From: Phycisphaerae bacterium
GTDB lineage: Bacteria; Planctomycetota; Phycisphaerae; UBA1845
Assembly: GCA_029260135.1 (NCBI GenBank)
Contig: JAJDDV010000109.1
Span: 879-64,878 of the forward strand
Length of the DNA stretch: 64,000 bases
Direction of reading: 5' to 3'
Positions 1 to 10,200 of this stretch are shown one piece after another. Each line of letters begins with the position of its first letter. Positions within the stretch are counted from its first letter, which is position 1. Position numbers and translations under genes: made by a program. The notes below the pieces were generated by a model. The model did no database searches and had not been told where the DNA came from. It saw only the letters and a list, made by a program, of their open reading frames with translations.

Positions 1-3000
1 GTGTACCGCCCGCGCAAATCGTCTCGGCCGCGCGCCAGTCGCCGGCAGACAGTTCGACGGCATCGCCCCATTTGGCGTTACCGATTTCCAGGGGTGGCGA
101 AAAGCTAGCCGGGTTGGTCAGCACGCAGCTGTCGTCTACAAATTGGAGCCGGTACACGGCATGCGGGATGACGAACTCATCACGGACGTGCACGAAGTCG
201 GGGTCCGCGCTCCAATCGCGGAACACGGGTGTCTGCGTCAGCGTCGACGAGAGGAAGCTTCCCGCCGCACAAGGCGAGGAGGGGGTACAGGGATCGGTGA
301 AGCCGCGACCGCCACCCTCGCTGTACTCGACCGGTTCGCCGACCCACATTTCGGTTCCGTTCAACGCCGTATGCGCACCTGGAAGATCAACAAACGTCAC
401 ACGGACGGCTTGCAGTCGTCCCGGATCGCCGCCCGTGAAAGAGAGCATCCTGTTCTTGATGTTCGTCACGAGCGTGCCTTGCACGTTGAGGGTCGTTTCA
501 GGCTGTGCGGGTGCGGAGGGGAAGCATGGCGCGTCCACCTCGACGGTCAGGCTTTCGGCGACGAAATCGAAACGCGTACCGGTTGCGTCGCTCAGGAAGG
601 TTTGGGCAGGCGCGCCGGTTCCGGGAGCGACGAAGTCGATCGAGAAGGTTCCGTAGGCATCGGTCGACACTTCGTAGGTGAGCTCACCGCAGTACTTCGG
701 CTGTAATGACACAATCGGTGCGACGCCGACCGTTATCGCGGAGCCGAACTGCGCCGGCGGTCCCTGGACGACCGGGGCGACAACGCTCAGGCCGGCATGG
801 ACCCAGTCGCTCCTCGTCTGGTTGATGACCGTGTTTCCAAGTTGATAGGTCACGGATCCGTTGTTTCCGCCGGTCGCATCGTCGAGGGTGACCTGGTAGT
901 TCTGCAGGCCCACGGCGGTGTTCTCGACGTAGACGTCCAAGAGCAGCGTGTCGCCCGGCTGAGCGGTGACGACGGTCGGACTGGCAAAGAGGAGGGTCGG
1001 ATCCACGCCCTGCCGGGCAACGAGCAAGCGCACGGGTTCGCACGAATCGACGGTTCCATCTAGGTCAAGATCCTCCAAGTTGCCCACATTCAGGTCGATC
1101 CTGTCATCGACGCCGTTGCCGTCGCAGTCCTCCTCCGAGAGCGGAATCATGGAGAGTAGGGGGTTGAAGGGGCAGCCGTTGTTCGGCGCCACGATACAGT
1201 CGGGCATCTGTCCGAATGGTCCGACGCCGAGGTCGAACGCTTGGCCGCCGCATGCATTGATCAGGAAGCACTCCGGCGCGGCAGGGACGACTGAAGCCTC
1301 CAGCGCGGAGGCACCGGTGCAGCCTGCGGCCGAGGCCGTCGCGTTGACGCTCTGGACGAACTGAGACGCGAGTGTTGCAGCCGAGCCACCCGCGGGAACG
1401 CCGGGCGTCGTGGGATCGCAGACGCTGTAGCCGTTTCCGCTGACGCACCATGACCATCCAGCACCCGAGGATGTTCCAAGGGCGCAGTAAGCTTGTGACA
1501 CGCTGCGCCCGCCGCTGTAAAGCCAGGTATCCGGTCCGACCGGGCCCGACGGACTGTCGCCGTACAACACGGTCTGGGCGTTGGCGACGTCGTACGCCAT
1601 CGCGAAGGCGCTTCGAGGACCGGGGTCGTTCATGACGTACCTTGTCCATCCGACGCCGTCATATTCCCAGGTGTCGAGATTCACCGGATGGTTGTTGCCG
1701 CCGAACACCACGGAGACGCCTCGTGCCTCGTCGAAGGTCATGGCGTGTCCGTTGCGGCTCCCCGGGTTGTTCGCCGGGGACTTCCGATCCCAGTCGGTTC
1801 CGTCAAACTCCCAGGTTTCGGTGGTGCCAGGAAAGCCTCCATACAGGACCATGACGCCACGCGCGCTGTCGTACGCCATGGCGGCCGAGTTGCGGGGGCT
1901 CGGCGAGGTGGCGGGAGAGAGCTGGACCCAGTTCGTCCCGTTCCACTCCCAGGTGTCACCGAACTTTACGGCGTTCGCTCCTATGCCGCCGAACATGACG
2001 ACCACTCCGCGCGCAGCATCGTAGGCCATCATATGAGCCATGCGTGCGGGGGGCGTGGTCGCGGGGAATGCCTGTGTCCAGGTGCTGCCGTCCCACAACC
2101 AGGTGTCGCCGAACACCGGCGCGGTGTACTGACCGCCAAAGAGGACGATCTGCCCGCGTGCGGCGTCATAGGCCATCGCATGATCGAAGCGTAGGGATGG
2201 GACCGGGGCCGGCGGGAAGCGCTGCGTCCACTGCTGCACTGCGCCATCCCATACCCAGGTCATGGGGTTTCCCCCACTTCCGGTTCCGGCGTACATGACA
2301 ACCAAGCGGTTCAGCGCGTCGTACGCCATTGCATGGGCTATCTGGCCCCCGGGGCCCGTCGCCGGCCACAACTGCCAGCCACATCGGGCGGGTGGACAGT
2401 TATCCATCTCGCAGAGGTCATCCGTACCGTCGTTGTCGTTGTCTCCGCCGCAGAACCGCTCATCGCCGCGATACACGCCGCCTGCCATTACGCACTCCAG
2501 TCCCGAAAAGCTGGTGCATCCTCCGCTCGGCAGGCAGCATCCGCCGGTCGGATCACCACACGTGGTGGAAGCGCAGGATGCCATTTCACAGGTGCCACCG
2601 GGACATTGGAAACTGACGATGCAGTCCATTCCGTCGTTGGCGCCACCGATGCAGACCCTCTTTTCGCTGACGGTCAGGTCGAAGCGGCCTCTTGCCCTAT
2701 CAGCCGCTCGCAGCGCGGAGCCGTGAACCAGGATGAGATACTCGACGCCCGACTGTGAGCACCACTCCACGTCCGACCCGGTATTGACGCCGAGCCCGAG
2801 GGGGTCGCAAGCCGCATCGACGGGGCCGGGTCGATCGTCGTTTGCCGTGACGCAGACGGGGTTGTTGCAGTCCCCGCAGTAGACGCTCAAGCGTGTGTCG
2901 TAGTCTGCTCTGACGGATCCGCAGGTCGTGGCTTTCAACACATTCCCGGTTCCGCGGACACTGTGCCAGACGCCCGGCTGGTCGATCGGCACGCCGTTGC

Positions 3001-5500
3001 AGGTCGGGAACCCGGCGTCAACGACTCCGGCGAACGTCGACCCCGACTCGGCCCAGGGGCTGGGCTGGCTCTGATCGAACACGGAGGCGTCGTCACACAG
3101 GTCGGGGTACGCATCCGGGCACTGGATATCGAGCGCGTCGACATCGTCGTTCTGGACCAGACCGAGTTCGTCCGGTGTCAGGAACGGTGTCCCCAGTACG
3201 CTGATTCCCTCAAACCGAGAATAGAAGATGGCCGCAGGCGAACCCGTATCGTCACCGAGGCCGGTCTCGGGCGGGTCGTCGGTGGCGCCGTCCCCGTTGT
3301 CGTCAACGCCCGCCAAGCCCGGTTGTCCATCCGGACCCAGAAGCGAGGGCGAACCGCCTGCGAGGGAGAACAGGATCTCATCGTAGATCGGCGGCGGATT
3401 CACAATCGTGTAGGGATTCAGCACACCGTTCGGGACCTCCGGGCAACCAGGGAGCACGGTGATGAGGCCCGTCAGTCCCGCCCCACAGTGTGGCGTGCAG
3501 AAGTAGGGGATCGACGACGCGGTTTCCCTGATCGGGACGGTGTACTCGTAGACGATCGCACTGCTGGTGATCGGTTCATTGAACCGTCCGTCCGCCGTGC
3601 AGGGGAGTCCCGACGTCACGGTGTGCGTTCCGTTCTCCCACTCCCACCGGATGGTATCACCCGCGCGGACCTTCAGGGCCTGGGGATCGAACTCGGTATT
3701 TCGCACCTTTACAATGTGTGTGGTTTTCGGCCAGATGTCGGAGATGGCCAGTGCGTCGATCACATCGCCCGGCTGAAGTCCCAGATCATCCGGCGTCGCA
3801 AAGACGGTCAGGCTATCAGGCGTAAACGGTCCGCCGGCCGGATCGTACAGGTAGATTGTTGCGGCACTTGGAAACGACGGCCCCTCGAACGTTCCGTACC
3901 AGAGATCCAGGGTTCGAAAATCATCCAACTCGACCCCGGTGACGTTGTCCTGTCCTCCCGCGGCCGCCGTAACCGTCAACCGTAGACCCAATGCGGTGTT
4001 GTCCACGGCCATGATGTTGTGATTGTCCGGCGAGCGAAGCCCGGGAAACCGCGCGACATGTTTGCCGAACGTTCGCGTGCCGACCGCGAGAATATCAGCA
4101 GCCTGTTCGTTGTACTCCAGCGGGTGCGTCGCGCTGTACCAGAGGTCGGAGCACGGCACGCCTTTGGACTCCCTTGTCACCGAGAAGTAGAGCGTGGGCT
4201 CGTCGTCGTCCACGCCGCACGCGTCGAACGTGCATATGTCGGTCGTGATATCGATCGTGACGGTATCGGGATCGACCGTGCCGTCGCGCCCGAACGTAAA
4301 GCCCACGATGTTGTCACCGGGCGCGAACTCCCCGGGTCCGCCGACGGCGCCGACCAGCGGCGGGTCGCGTCGGTTTGTCAGGTCGGGAGGCTCGTTGGGC
4401 ATCGCAGCGGATGAGACGTACACGGTCAGCGGCAATTCGACGCTTCCGGCGTCGCTGAATACGTCGTTGGGCGGGGCCATGGTGACACCGACGGGGTCCA
4501 GGCCGAGACTGAGATTATCGACGGTAAAGGCGACCGGGCCTTTCCCTCTCGGCTGCTGTTTCCCGAACGGTGGGTCGTACGATCCCGCGCCGCCACCCCC
4601 ATGGAAGGCTTGTTTCAGCGATCCGATGAAGAGCCCGTTTTCATCGAACATCGGCGTGGCACCGTATCCTGAGTGTTGATACATGCCGGGCGGGAATGGC
4701 GATCCCGATCGCCTAGTACCGGGAAAGCCGCCAATCGACCGTTGTGTAACGAGCATCGGCGTCTTGTTGTAGAACTTGCCGCGGTTCTGGATGTCCACCT
4801 CGACGAAGATGTTGAACAGCGCGTCGGCTGGGAAGTCGGAGGAGCGGTCTTCTACATCGCAGCAGCCTGGTGGTGGTGGCGTCTGGGCGGGTTCCGCCGG
4901 CCCGCCGTCGTAAAGTGACCGGACCTCGCCGACGCTGTTCCAAAAGTATCGTGCCTGCGGTGTGGATCCCGTCGGCGGTGAGCCCAGGAAACCGACCGAA
5001 CTGGCAAAGGGCTGTCCGGCGCGAAGCCACACGTCGCCGAACGCCGTGGTGCCGTAGAGCTGCATCGACAGGATTTCCGTGTGCACCTCCCATCGCAGAT
5101 TGCAGGGTCGCGGGGGCCAGTAATCGGGGCGCAGGAAACACTCGCCCACGCTGGGCTGGGTGGCGGGGAAGACGGGGGCGCCGGCTGCGCAGATCGGCCA
5201 GGTTCCCTCAAAGCTCGCGGGGCTCGACCGCCCGACCACGGTGACTGGGTCCACGATATCCCGAAGCCAAATCGTGTCCCCGCCGGTGAAGGTGAGCTGG
5301 ACCGACGCGGACGAGGGGAAGATGTCCGGACAGGGTTGGCCGGCGCCCGAGACGGGCGAATCGCTGGGAAACTGCCCTAGCGAGGGTCCGCTGCAGCCCC
5401 TTGCTGCCTGGACCTCGCGCGGCGATTCTTGCGCTACGGTAGAACTCGTGGACCCGAAGACAACCACAAATGAAGCGATCAATATCGACATGCGCGTCAT
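1..5500 (-). CDS. Giant secreted multidomain protein (>1830 aa, runs off the left edge): signal peptide, cupredoxin domain, Kelch-like repeats, cohesin-like domain, KNR-type C-terminal domain
   Basis: Manual translation from ATG at 5500 (AGGAG upstream; MTRMSILIASFVVVFGSTSSTVAQE) is open to base 2, so it is absent from the ORF track. Motifs: HTVTSG...YFCTPHCGAGLTG; repeated AMAYDAARGxxVxFGG...DTWEWNG; IKNRMLSFTGGDPGRLQAVRVTFVDLP. Confidence 0.85.
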   Translation of the reverse strand, partial: MTRMSILIASFVVVFGSTSSTVAQESPREVQAARGCSGPSLGQFPSDSPVSGAGQPCPDIFPSSASVQLTFTGGDTIWLRDIVDPVTVVGRSSPASFEGTWPICAAGAPVFPATQPSVGECFLRPDYWPPRPCNLRWEVHTEILSMQLYGTTAFGDVWLRAGQPFASSVGFLGSPPTGSTPQARYFWNSVGEVRSLYDGGPAEPAQTPPPPGCCDVEDRSSDFPADALFNIFVEVDIQNRGKFYNKTPMLVTQRSIGGFPGTRRSGSPFPPGMYQHSGYGATPMFDENGLFIGSLKQAFHGGGGAGSYDPPFGKQQPRGKGPVAFTVDNLSLGLDPVGVTMAPPNDVFSDAGSVELPLTVYVSSAAMPNEPPDLTNRRDPPLVGAVGGPGEFAPGDNIVGFTFGRDGTVDPDTVTIDITTDICTFDACGVDDDEPTLYFSVTRESKGVPCSDLWYSATHPLEYNEQAADILAVGTRTFGKHVARFPGLRSPDNHNIMAVDNTALGLRLTVTAAAGGQDNVTGVELDDFRTLDLWYGTFEGPSFPSAATIYLYDPAGGPFTPDSLTVFATPDDLGLQPGDVIDALAISDIWPKTTHIVKVRNTEFDPQALKVRAGDTIRWEWENGTHTVTSGLPCTADGRFNEPITSSAIVYEYTVPIRETASSIPYFCTPHCGAGLTGLITVLPGCPEVPNGVLNPYTIVNPPPIYDEILFSLAGGSPSLLGPDGQPGLAGVDDNGDGATDDPPETGLGDDTGSPAAIFYSRFEGISVLGTPFLTPDELGLVQNDDVDALDIQCPDAYPDLCDDASVFDQSQPSPWAESGSTFAGVVDAGFPTCNGVPIDQPGVWHSVRGTGNVLKATTCGSVRADYDTRLSVYCGDCNNPVCVTANDDRPGPVDAACDPLGLGVNTGSDVEWCSQSGVEYLILVHGSALRAADRARGRFDLTVSEKRVCIGGANDGMDCIVSFQCPGGTCEMASCASTTCGDPTGGCCLPSGGCTSFSGLECVMAGGVYRGDERFCGGDNDNDGTDDLCEMDNCPPARCGWQLWPATGPGGQIAHAMAYDALNRLVVMYAGTGSGGNPMTWVWDGAVQQWTQRFPPAPVPSLRFDHAMAYDAARGQIVLFGGQYTAPVFGDTWLWDGSTWTQAFPATTPPARMAHMMAYDAARGVVVMFGGIGANAVKFGDTWEWNGTNWVQLSPATSPSPRNSAAMAYDSARGVMVLYGGFPGTTETWEFDGTDWDRKSPANNPGSRNGHAMTFDEARGVSVVFGGNNHPVNLDTWEYDGVGWTRYVMNDPGPRSAFAMAYDVANAQTVLYGDSPSGPVGPDTWLYSGGRSVSQAYCALGTSSGAGWSWCVSGNGYSVCDPTTPGVPAGGSAATLASQFVQSVNATASAAGCTGASALEASVVPAAPECFLINACGGQAFDLGVGPFGQMPDCIVAPNNGCPFNPLLSMIPLSEEDCDGNGVDDRIDLNVGNLEDLDLDGTVDSCEPVRLLVARQGVDPTLLFASPTVVTAQPGDTLLLDVYVENTAVGLQNYQVTLDDATGGNNGSVTYQLGNTVINQTRSDWVHAGLSVVAPVVQGPPAQFGSAITVGVAPIVSLQPKYCGELTYEVSTDAYGTFSIDFVAPGTGAPAQTFLSDATGTRFDFVAESLTVEVDAPCFPSAPAQPETTLNVQGTLVTNIKNRMLSFTGGDPGRLQAVRVTFVDLPGAHTALNGTEMWVGEPVEYSEGGGRGFTDPCTPSSPCAAGSFLSSTLTQTPVFRDWSADPDFVHVRDEFVIPHAVYRLQFVDDSCVLTNPASFSPPLEIGNAKWGDAVELSAGDWRAAETICAGGT

Positions 5501-5853
5501 GGTTTGCTCCTTCGATCCTGGTGAGATGTACCAGCGGACCACCTGGCAAGGGGGAGCCGGCGATCTTCCGATGCGACATAGCTACGAGAGCGAATGGCCT
5601 CCGCGGTTGGATAGCCCCAACGTAGTCCCGGATCGGCGGTCACCATCCAATCGCATCCGTCATCCGCGACGACCTCTCCGAGAAGGGCGACGTTCGAGTT
5701 CCCAGCGTCGATCGACCATTGCTGGGCCCACGCGGGGACACCTCCGAATAGCAGGAGAACAAGTATGGCCGCCAGGCTGTAATTGGATGGGTGTTGCCTC
5801 ACAATCTCATCTCCCGGGAATGGTGTCAGACCGATTCCGTACACATTTTCCAT
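5497..5853 (-). CDS. Small putative exported protein, translationally coupled to the giant gene
   Basis: Signal-peptide-like segment (YSLAAILVLLLFGGVPAWA-QQ); its stop overlaps the next ATG (ATGA). The real start may be the GTG near 5802. Confidence 0.5.
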   Translation of the reverse strand: MENVYGIGLTPFPGDEIVRQHPSNYSLAAILVLLLFGGVPAWAQQWSIDAGNSNVALLGEVVADDGCDWMVTADPGLRWGYPTAEAIRSRSYVASEDRRLPLARWSAGTSHQDRRSKP

Positions 5854-5899
5854 GTGCCACCGAATCGCCGGTCTGTCGCTCCGCCTGAACTGGGGAAGT

Positions 5900-5928
5900 A
5901 ATGTATCTTAAGTGCAAGCTCCCGTCAA
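5900..5928 (-). promoter_or_regulatory. Sigma70-type promoter
   Basis: TTGACG-17 nt-TACATT on the minus strand upstream of the 5853 and 5500 genes. Confidence 0.5.
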
Positions 5929-6055
5929 GCAAGAAAGTGATTTGGGTACTGTCAGGGTGCATGACAGATTAGCAGCCCGTGGTGAAAGTCGTCGGCTGCC
6001 GGTATCCTGTGGGTGAGCCGGTGATGTGTGCCGGTGTGTCAGGGAGGGCACGTTT

Positions 6056-6207
6056 ATGGCGATGGGCAAGCGGGCTCGGGAGGGGCAGGCATCCTTTTGG
6101 ATAGCGACGGATGAGCTGCCGCGTACACCCGGTCATCCCTTTTACGAGCGGCTGAATCAGATCTTCGAGGCCAACGGCTTCGATCGCTTCGTCGAGAAGC
6201 GGTGCGG
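6056..6207 (+). pseudogene. Truncated IS1182/IS5-like transposase N-terminus
   Basis: MAMGKRAREGQASFWIATDELPRTPGHPFYERLNQIFEANGFDRFVEKRC resembles the start of this transposase family; similarity stops abruptly and no DDE domain follows. Confidence 0.7.
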
Positions 6208-6811
6208 CGATGCGGCGCGTCGGTTGGTGCTGGCCGGTCGCGGTTTCCGTTTCCTGCGCTCGTGTGTTGCGGTTAGCAATGCGGCGCGCGTGTGAGGCTT
6301 GGCACGCGCGCGCCGCCCGGGTGAATTCCGACGGTCATGGGCGGAACGACGGATGGATGCCGTCGCGCCGCCGGGCAAGCCGCCGGTCGAATCGGACCAT
6401 GGCCAGGGCGGGGTGCCGACCCGCCCGGCACAGACGGGTTCGGCGCCGCCCCGGCGGACTCCTGCCGCGTCGAATCCTAAAGACGGAGCCGGGACACAGA
6501 CTGCCGTGCCCGGCCCCATCCGCATGCAGGTGTTCGTAGGTGTTACCGACAGTTGGGGCCGGACGGCGCGCGAAGAATTGGTTGGCGGCTGAATTCGCGT
6601 GGGCGAGGGTGTGAATGCGACCCGATCTTCGGGCAGGGGTGGGGGGGTGGAGGTGGCGCGTGTGGCACGCGGTTAGGATCTTGCAGCCGTTCAGGCTGTG
6701 GGAGGTGCATCGAGATGCATGCTGCGCGGTCATCCTTGCCAGGCTGAGGTTGACATCGGTCCTTCCCCCACCCTCGCTGCGCGAGAATGGGGCACCCGCA
6801 AAGAAGAAGAA

Positions 6812-6875
6812 ACAGACCCCCCTGGATCCCCCCTTAGTAAAGGGGGGAGCGGTTGGTCCGCGCAGCGGACCCTAC
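6812..6875. repeat. Composite palindromic repeat (C/G-run hairpin plus GTAG-type REP)
   Basis: cccccctggatccccccttagtaaaggggggag (relatives at about 35495-35532 and 45163-45262) followed by ggtccgcgcagcggaccctac. Confidence 0.7.
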
Positions 6876-7263
6876 GTGGGCCAATGAGGTTCACCCGGCG
6901 CGGAACGGGGCGACGCGATGGATTCTGCTGGGCGTTTCGCCGTTTGTGTTCAAGAAACGCAGCATCTTCACCTATTTAGTCGGTATTTCGAGAAATTTGT
7001 TGAACCGCGGGTGAGCGGCAGGTTATCCTGGGAGATCAGCTAGCCGGTGCCGTTCGGGTCTGTGCTGTTTATGGCTGTCGCGCAGTTCATTCGGAGACCA
7101 GAAGCGGAGTCTGACCCATGCTGAGACGAAGTCCGCGCGTTCTCTCTTCATGTCGTGTTCTCGCTTTGATCTCGTTGGAGTGCGTCGTCACCTCAACGGG
7201 CGTTCTTGGTCGGTCGACGTTCTGTATCGGAATCACACATCGGTCGATGAAAGGTGTCTGATC

Positions 7264-10200
7264 ATGTTCTGTGGACTTATGTTGCGCCGTTCAGTTCTTC
7301 CCGTGATTCTCATCGCATCCATGACGCTCGGGCAGACCCCGTCCGTTTCGCAGGATGGTCGGCGATCGCCGGAAGCGGGCTCCGCCGGGTCGAAGGCTCC
7401 TTCTATTCCGGATGGGTTCATGCTTATCGAGGGGGATATTCTCGTTCCCGTCGATTTTTTCAAACGTTCCCCCGACAAAGTAGCGTACACACCGGATCTC
7501 TGGCCCGGTGGCGTCGTTCCGTATGAGTTTGATGCCAATGTGACTGCCGCCAATCGCACGGCCATGGAAGCGGCGATGGTGAATTGGGAGGACGTAGCGG
7601 CCGTGGACTTTCGCCCCCGGGCGGGCGATGCCAACTTTGTCCACATTCAGGACGATGCTGGAAACCGGTCTCATGTAGGGATGAGAACCGGTCGTCAGGA
7701 CATCTGGATCGCCAGCTGGAATAGCGAGTTTACGATGGTTCACGAACTCGGGCACACTCTCGGATTGTGGCATGAGCAGTCGAGATGGGATCGCGACAGC
7801 TACGTACGGATCGTGGCGGGAAACATCTGCCAGACTTGTTGTGCCGGGGGGGCGTGCGATCACAACTTCGATATAGACATATCCGGCGGGCACGGTCCGT
7901 ACGATTTCGAGTCCCTCATGCACTATGGACAATGTGACTTCTCCGTATGTTCAAGCTGTCCGAATGATACGGGTTGTGCCGAGAGCGGCAGGACTATTGT
8001 CGTGCTTCCGCCCAACGAGAGCTGGCAGAGCCAGATCGGGCAGGGAGACCACCTCAGCGCCGGCGACCGTGCCATCATGGTCTTTCTGTACGGCTGTCCC
8101 GACTGCCCGTGGGGGCCTACGTGTCCTGACTGCGACGGAAACGCCTTTGGCGACGATTGCGAAATGGCGAACTGCCGGGATGATCCTGCGTGCGATGACT
8201 GCAACGGCAATGGCGTTATGGATGCATGCGATGTTTCCGCTTGCACGGGCGATCCAAGTTGCGGCGACTGCAACTTCAACGGTATTCCCGACGGGTGTGA
8301 CATACGTGTTCCGCAGCAGGTTGCGAAGCTGACCGCCCACGACGGCGCGGGCTATGACTTCTTTGGTCATTCCGTCGCCATCGACGGCAACTCGGCGTTG
8401 GTGGGTGCGTACGGCGTGAATGAAGACACCACGGCTGACAGCGGAGCGGCGTACATGTTCTCGCGCTATGGCGGCGTTTGGAGCGAGATCGGAGTCGTGG
8501 GTCGCACGACGGTGGAAGCCGGCGATGCCTTTGGCTGGTCTGTGTCGCTTGATGGCGGTCGAGGGGCCGTTGGTGCTCATCTGGATGACATTTTCGGGGG
8601 TACCGTCGACCGAGGCGCCGCGTTTCCTTTCGATCTTCCGGGTAACTTGTGGGTCAATCCGTTCACGGCGCAGCTTCGCTCTGGCGTGGGTGGTGCCGCG
8701 GGCGACAACTTCGGATCGTCCGTAGCACTCCAGGGTAACACGGCTGTGGTTGGTTCGTGGAAGGACGATATTCTAGGCGAGACGGAAGCTGGTTCGGCGT
8801 ATGTGTTTCGCACAACCACTGGTTCGTGGATTCAACAATTCAAGCTGACCGCGTCCGACGCGGGTGCGTACGATCGGTTCGGTGTTTCCGTGGCTGTGTG
8901 GGGTGACACGGCGATCGTCGGGTCCTACCGCGACGGTCACACGAATCGATGGAACGCGGGTTCGGCGTACGTCTTCACGCGTAGCGGAACCATCTGGACG
9001 CAGCAGGCCAAGCTGATCGCGTCCAGCCCTTTCGACGAGGAATTGTTCGGCCAATCGGTGGCGTTGTACGGCGACACAGCGTTTGTCGGCGCTCCGGGCG
9101 AATACTATCCAGGAGGGGGTGTGGGTCCCGGATCGGTGTATGTCTTCACGCGTACCGGAACCACCTGGACGCAGCAGGCCAGGCTGACGGCGTCCGACGG
9201 GGAAGTAGGCGACGGATTCGGGTATGCCGTGGCGGTGCAGGGCGTTACGGCGCTGATTGGGGCTCCTTACGATGACCTTACCGTAGGCGCGGAGGAGGGA
9301 TCTGCATACGTCTTCGTCCGCTCCGGGGCCTTTTGGCGGGAGAAGGCGAAGTTGACGGCCTCGGACGCGAAGGCATCGGCCAGGTTCGGTTGTTCTGCGT
9401 CGTTGGATGACGGCACGGGCATCGTGGGTGCCGAGCGGGATGATGTTGCGGGGATGACCGCTGTTGGTGCGGCCTACGTCTTCACGCTTCCGACATCTGC
9501 GGACTGCAACAACACGGGTGTACCCGACGAGTGTGAGTATGATTGTACCGGCAACGGTATCGTGGATGACTGCGAGATCGCGGATTGCGTCGGGGACCCG
9601 GCATGCGGCGACTGCAACGGCAACACACTTACGGATGAGTGCGACATTGCCTTATGCGGTCACTCGAGTCCGGCATGTGAGGACTGCAATTCGAACGGCG
9701 TACCGGATGGTTGCGACCTCAGTTCTTGCTCCGGTGATCCGGCGTGCGCCGACTGCCAAGGAAACGCCATTCCGGACGAATGCGACATCGCGAGTTGTGC
9801 GGGCGATCCGGCGTGCGGCGACTGTAACCTTAACGGGAGCCCCGACGGCTGTGACTTGACGACATGCGGTGGAGATCCTGCATGTTCGGACTGCAACGGC
9901 AACAGCCTTCCGGATGCCTGTGACATCGCCGGGTGCTCGGGTGATCCGTCGTGCGGCGACTGCAACGTCAACGGCATCCCCGACGGTTGCGAACTGTTGA
10001 GCTGTGCGGGAGATCCCGCGTGCGCTGACTGCAATGGCAACAGTGTTCCCGACGCCTGTGACATCGCCGGTTGTGCGGGGGATCCGGCATGTGGTGACTG
10101 CAACGTCAACGGGATTCCCGATGGTTGCGAGTTGGCGGGTTGCGCAGGTGATCCGTTGTGCAGCGACTGCAACGGCAACAGTGTTCCCGACGCTTGCGAC

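Noticed and set aside
72-5400. Many short ORFs in the track
   Set aside because: Shadows of the single long minus-strand CDS that the track missed because its stop is outside the window.
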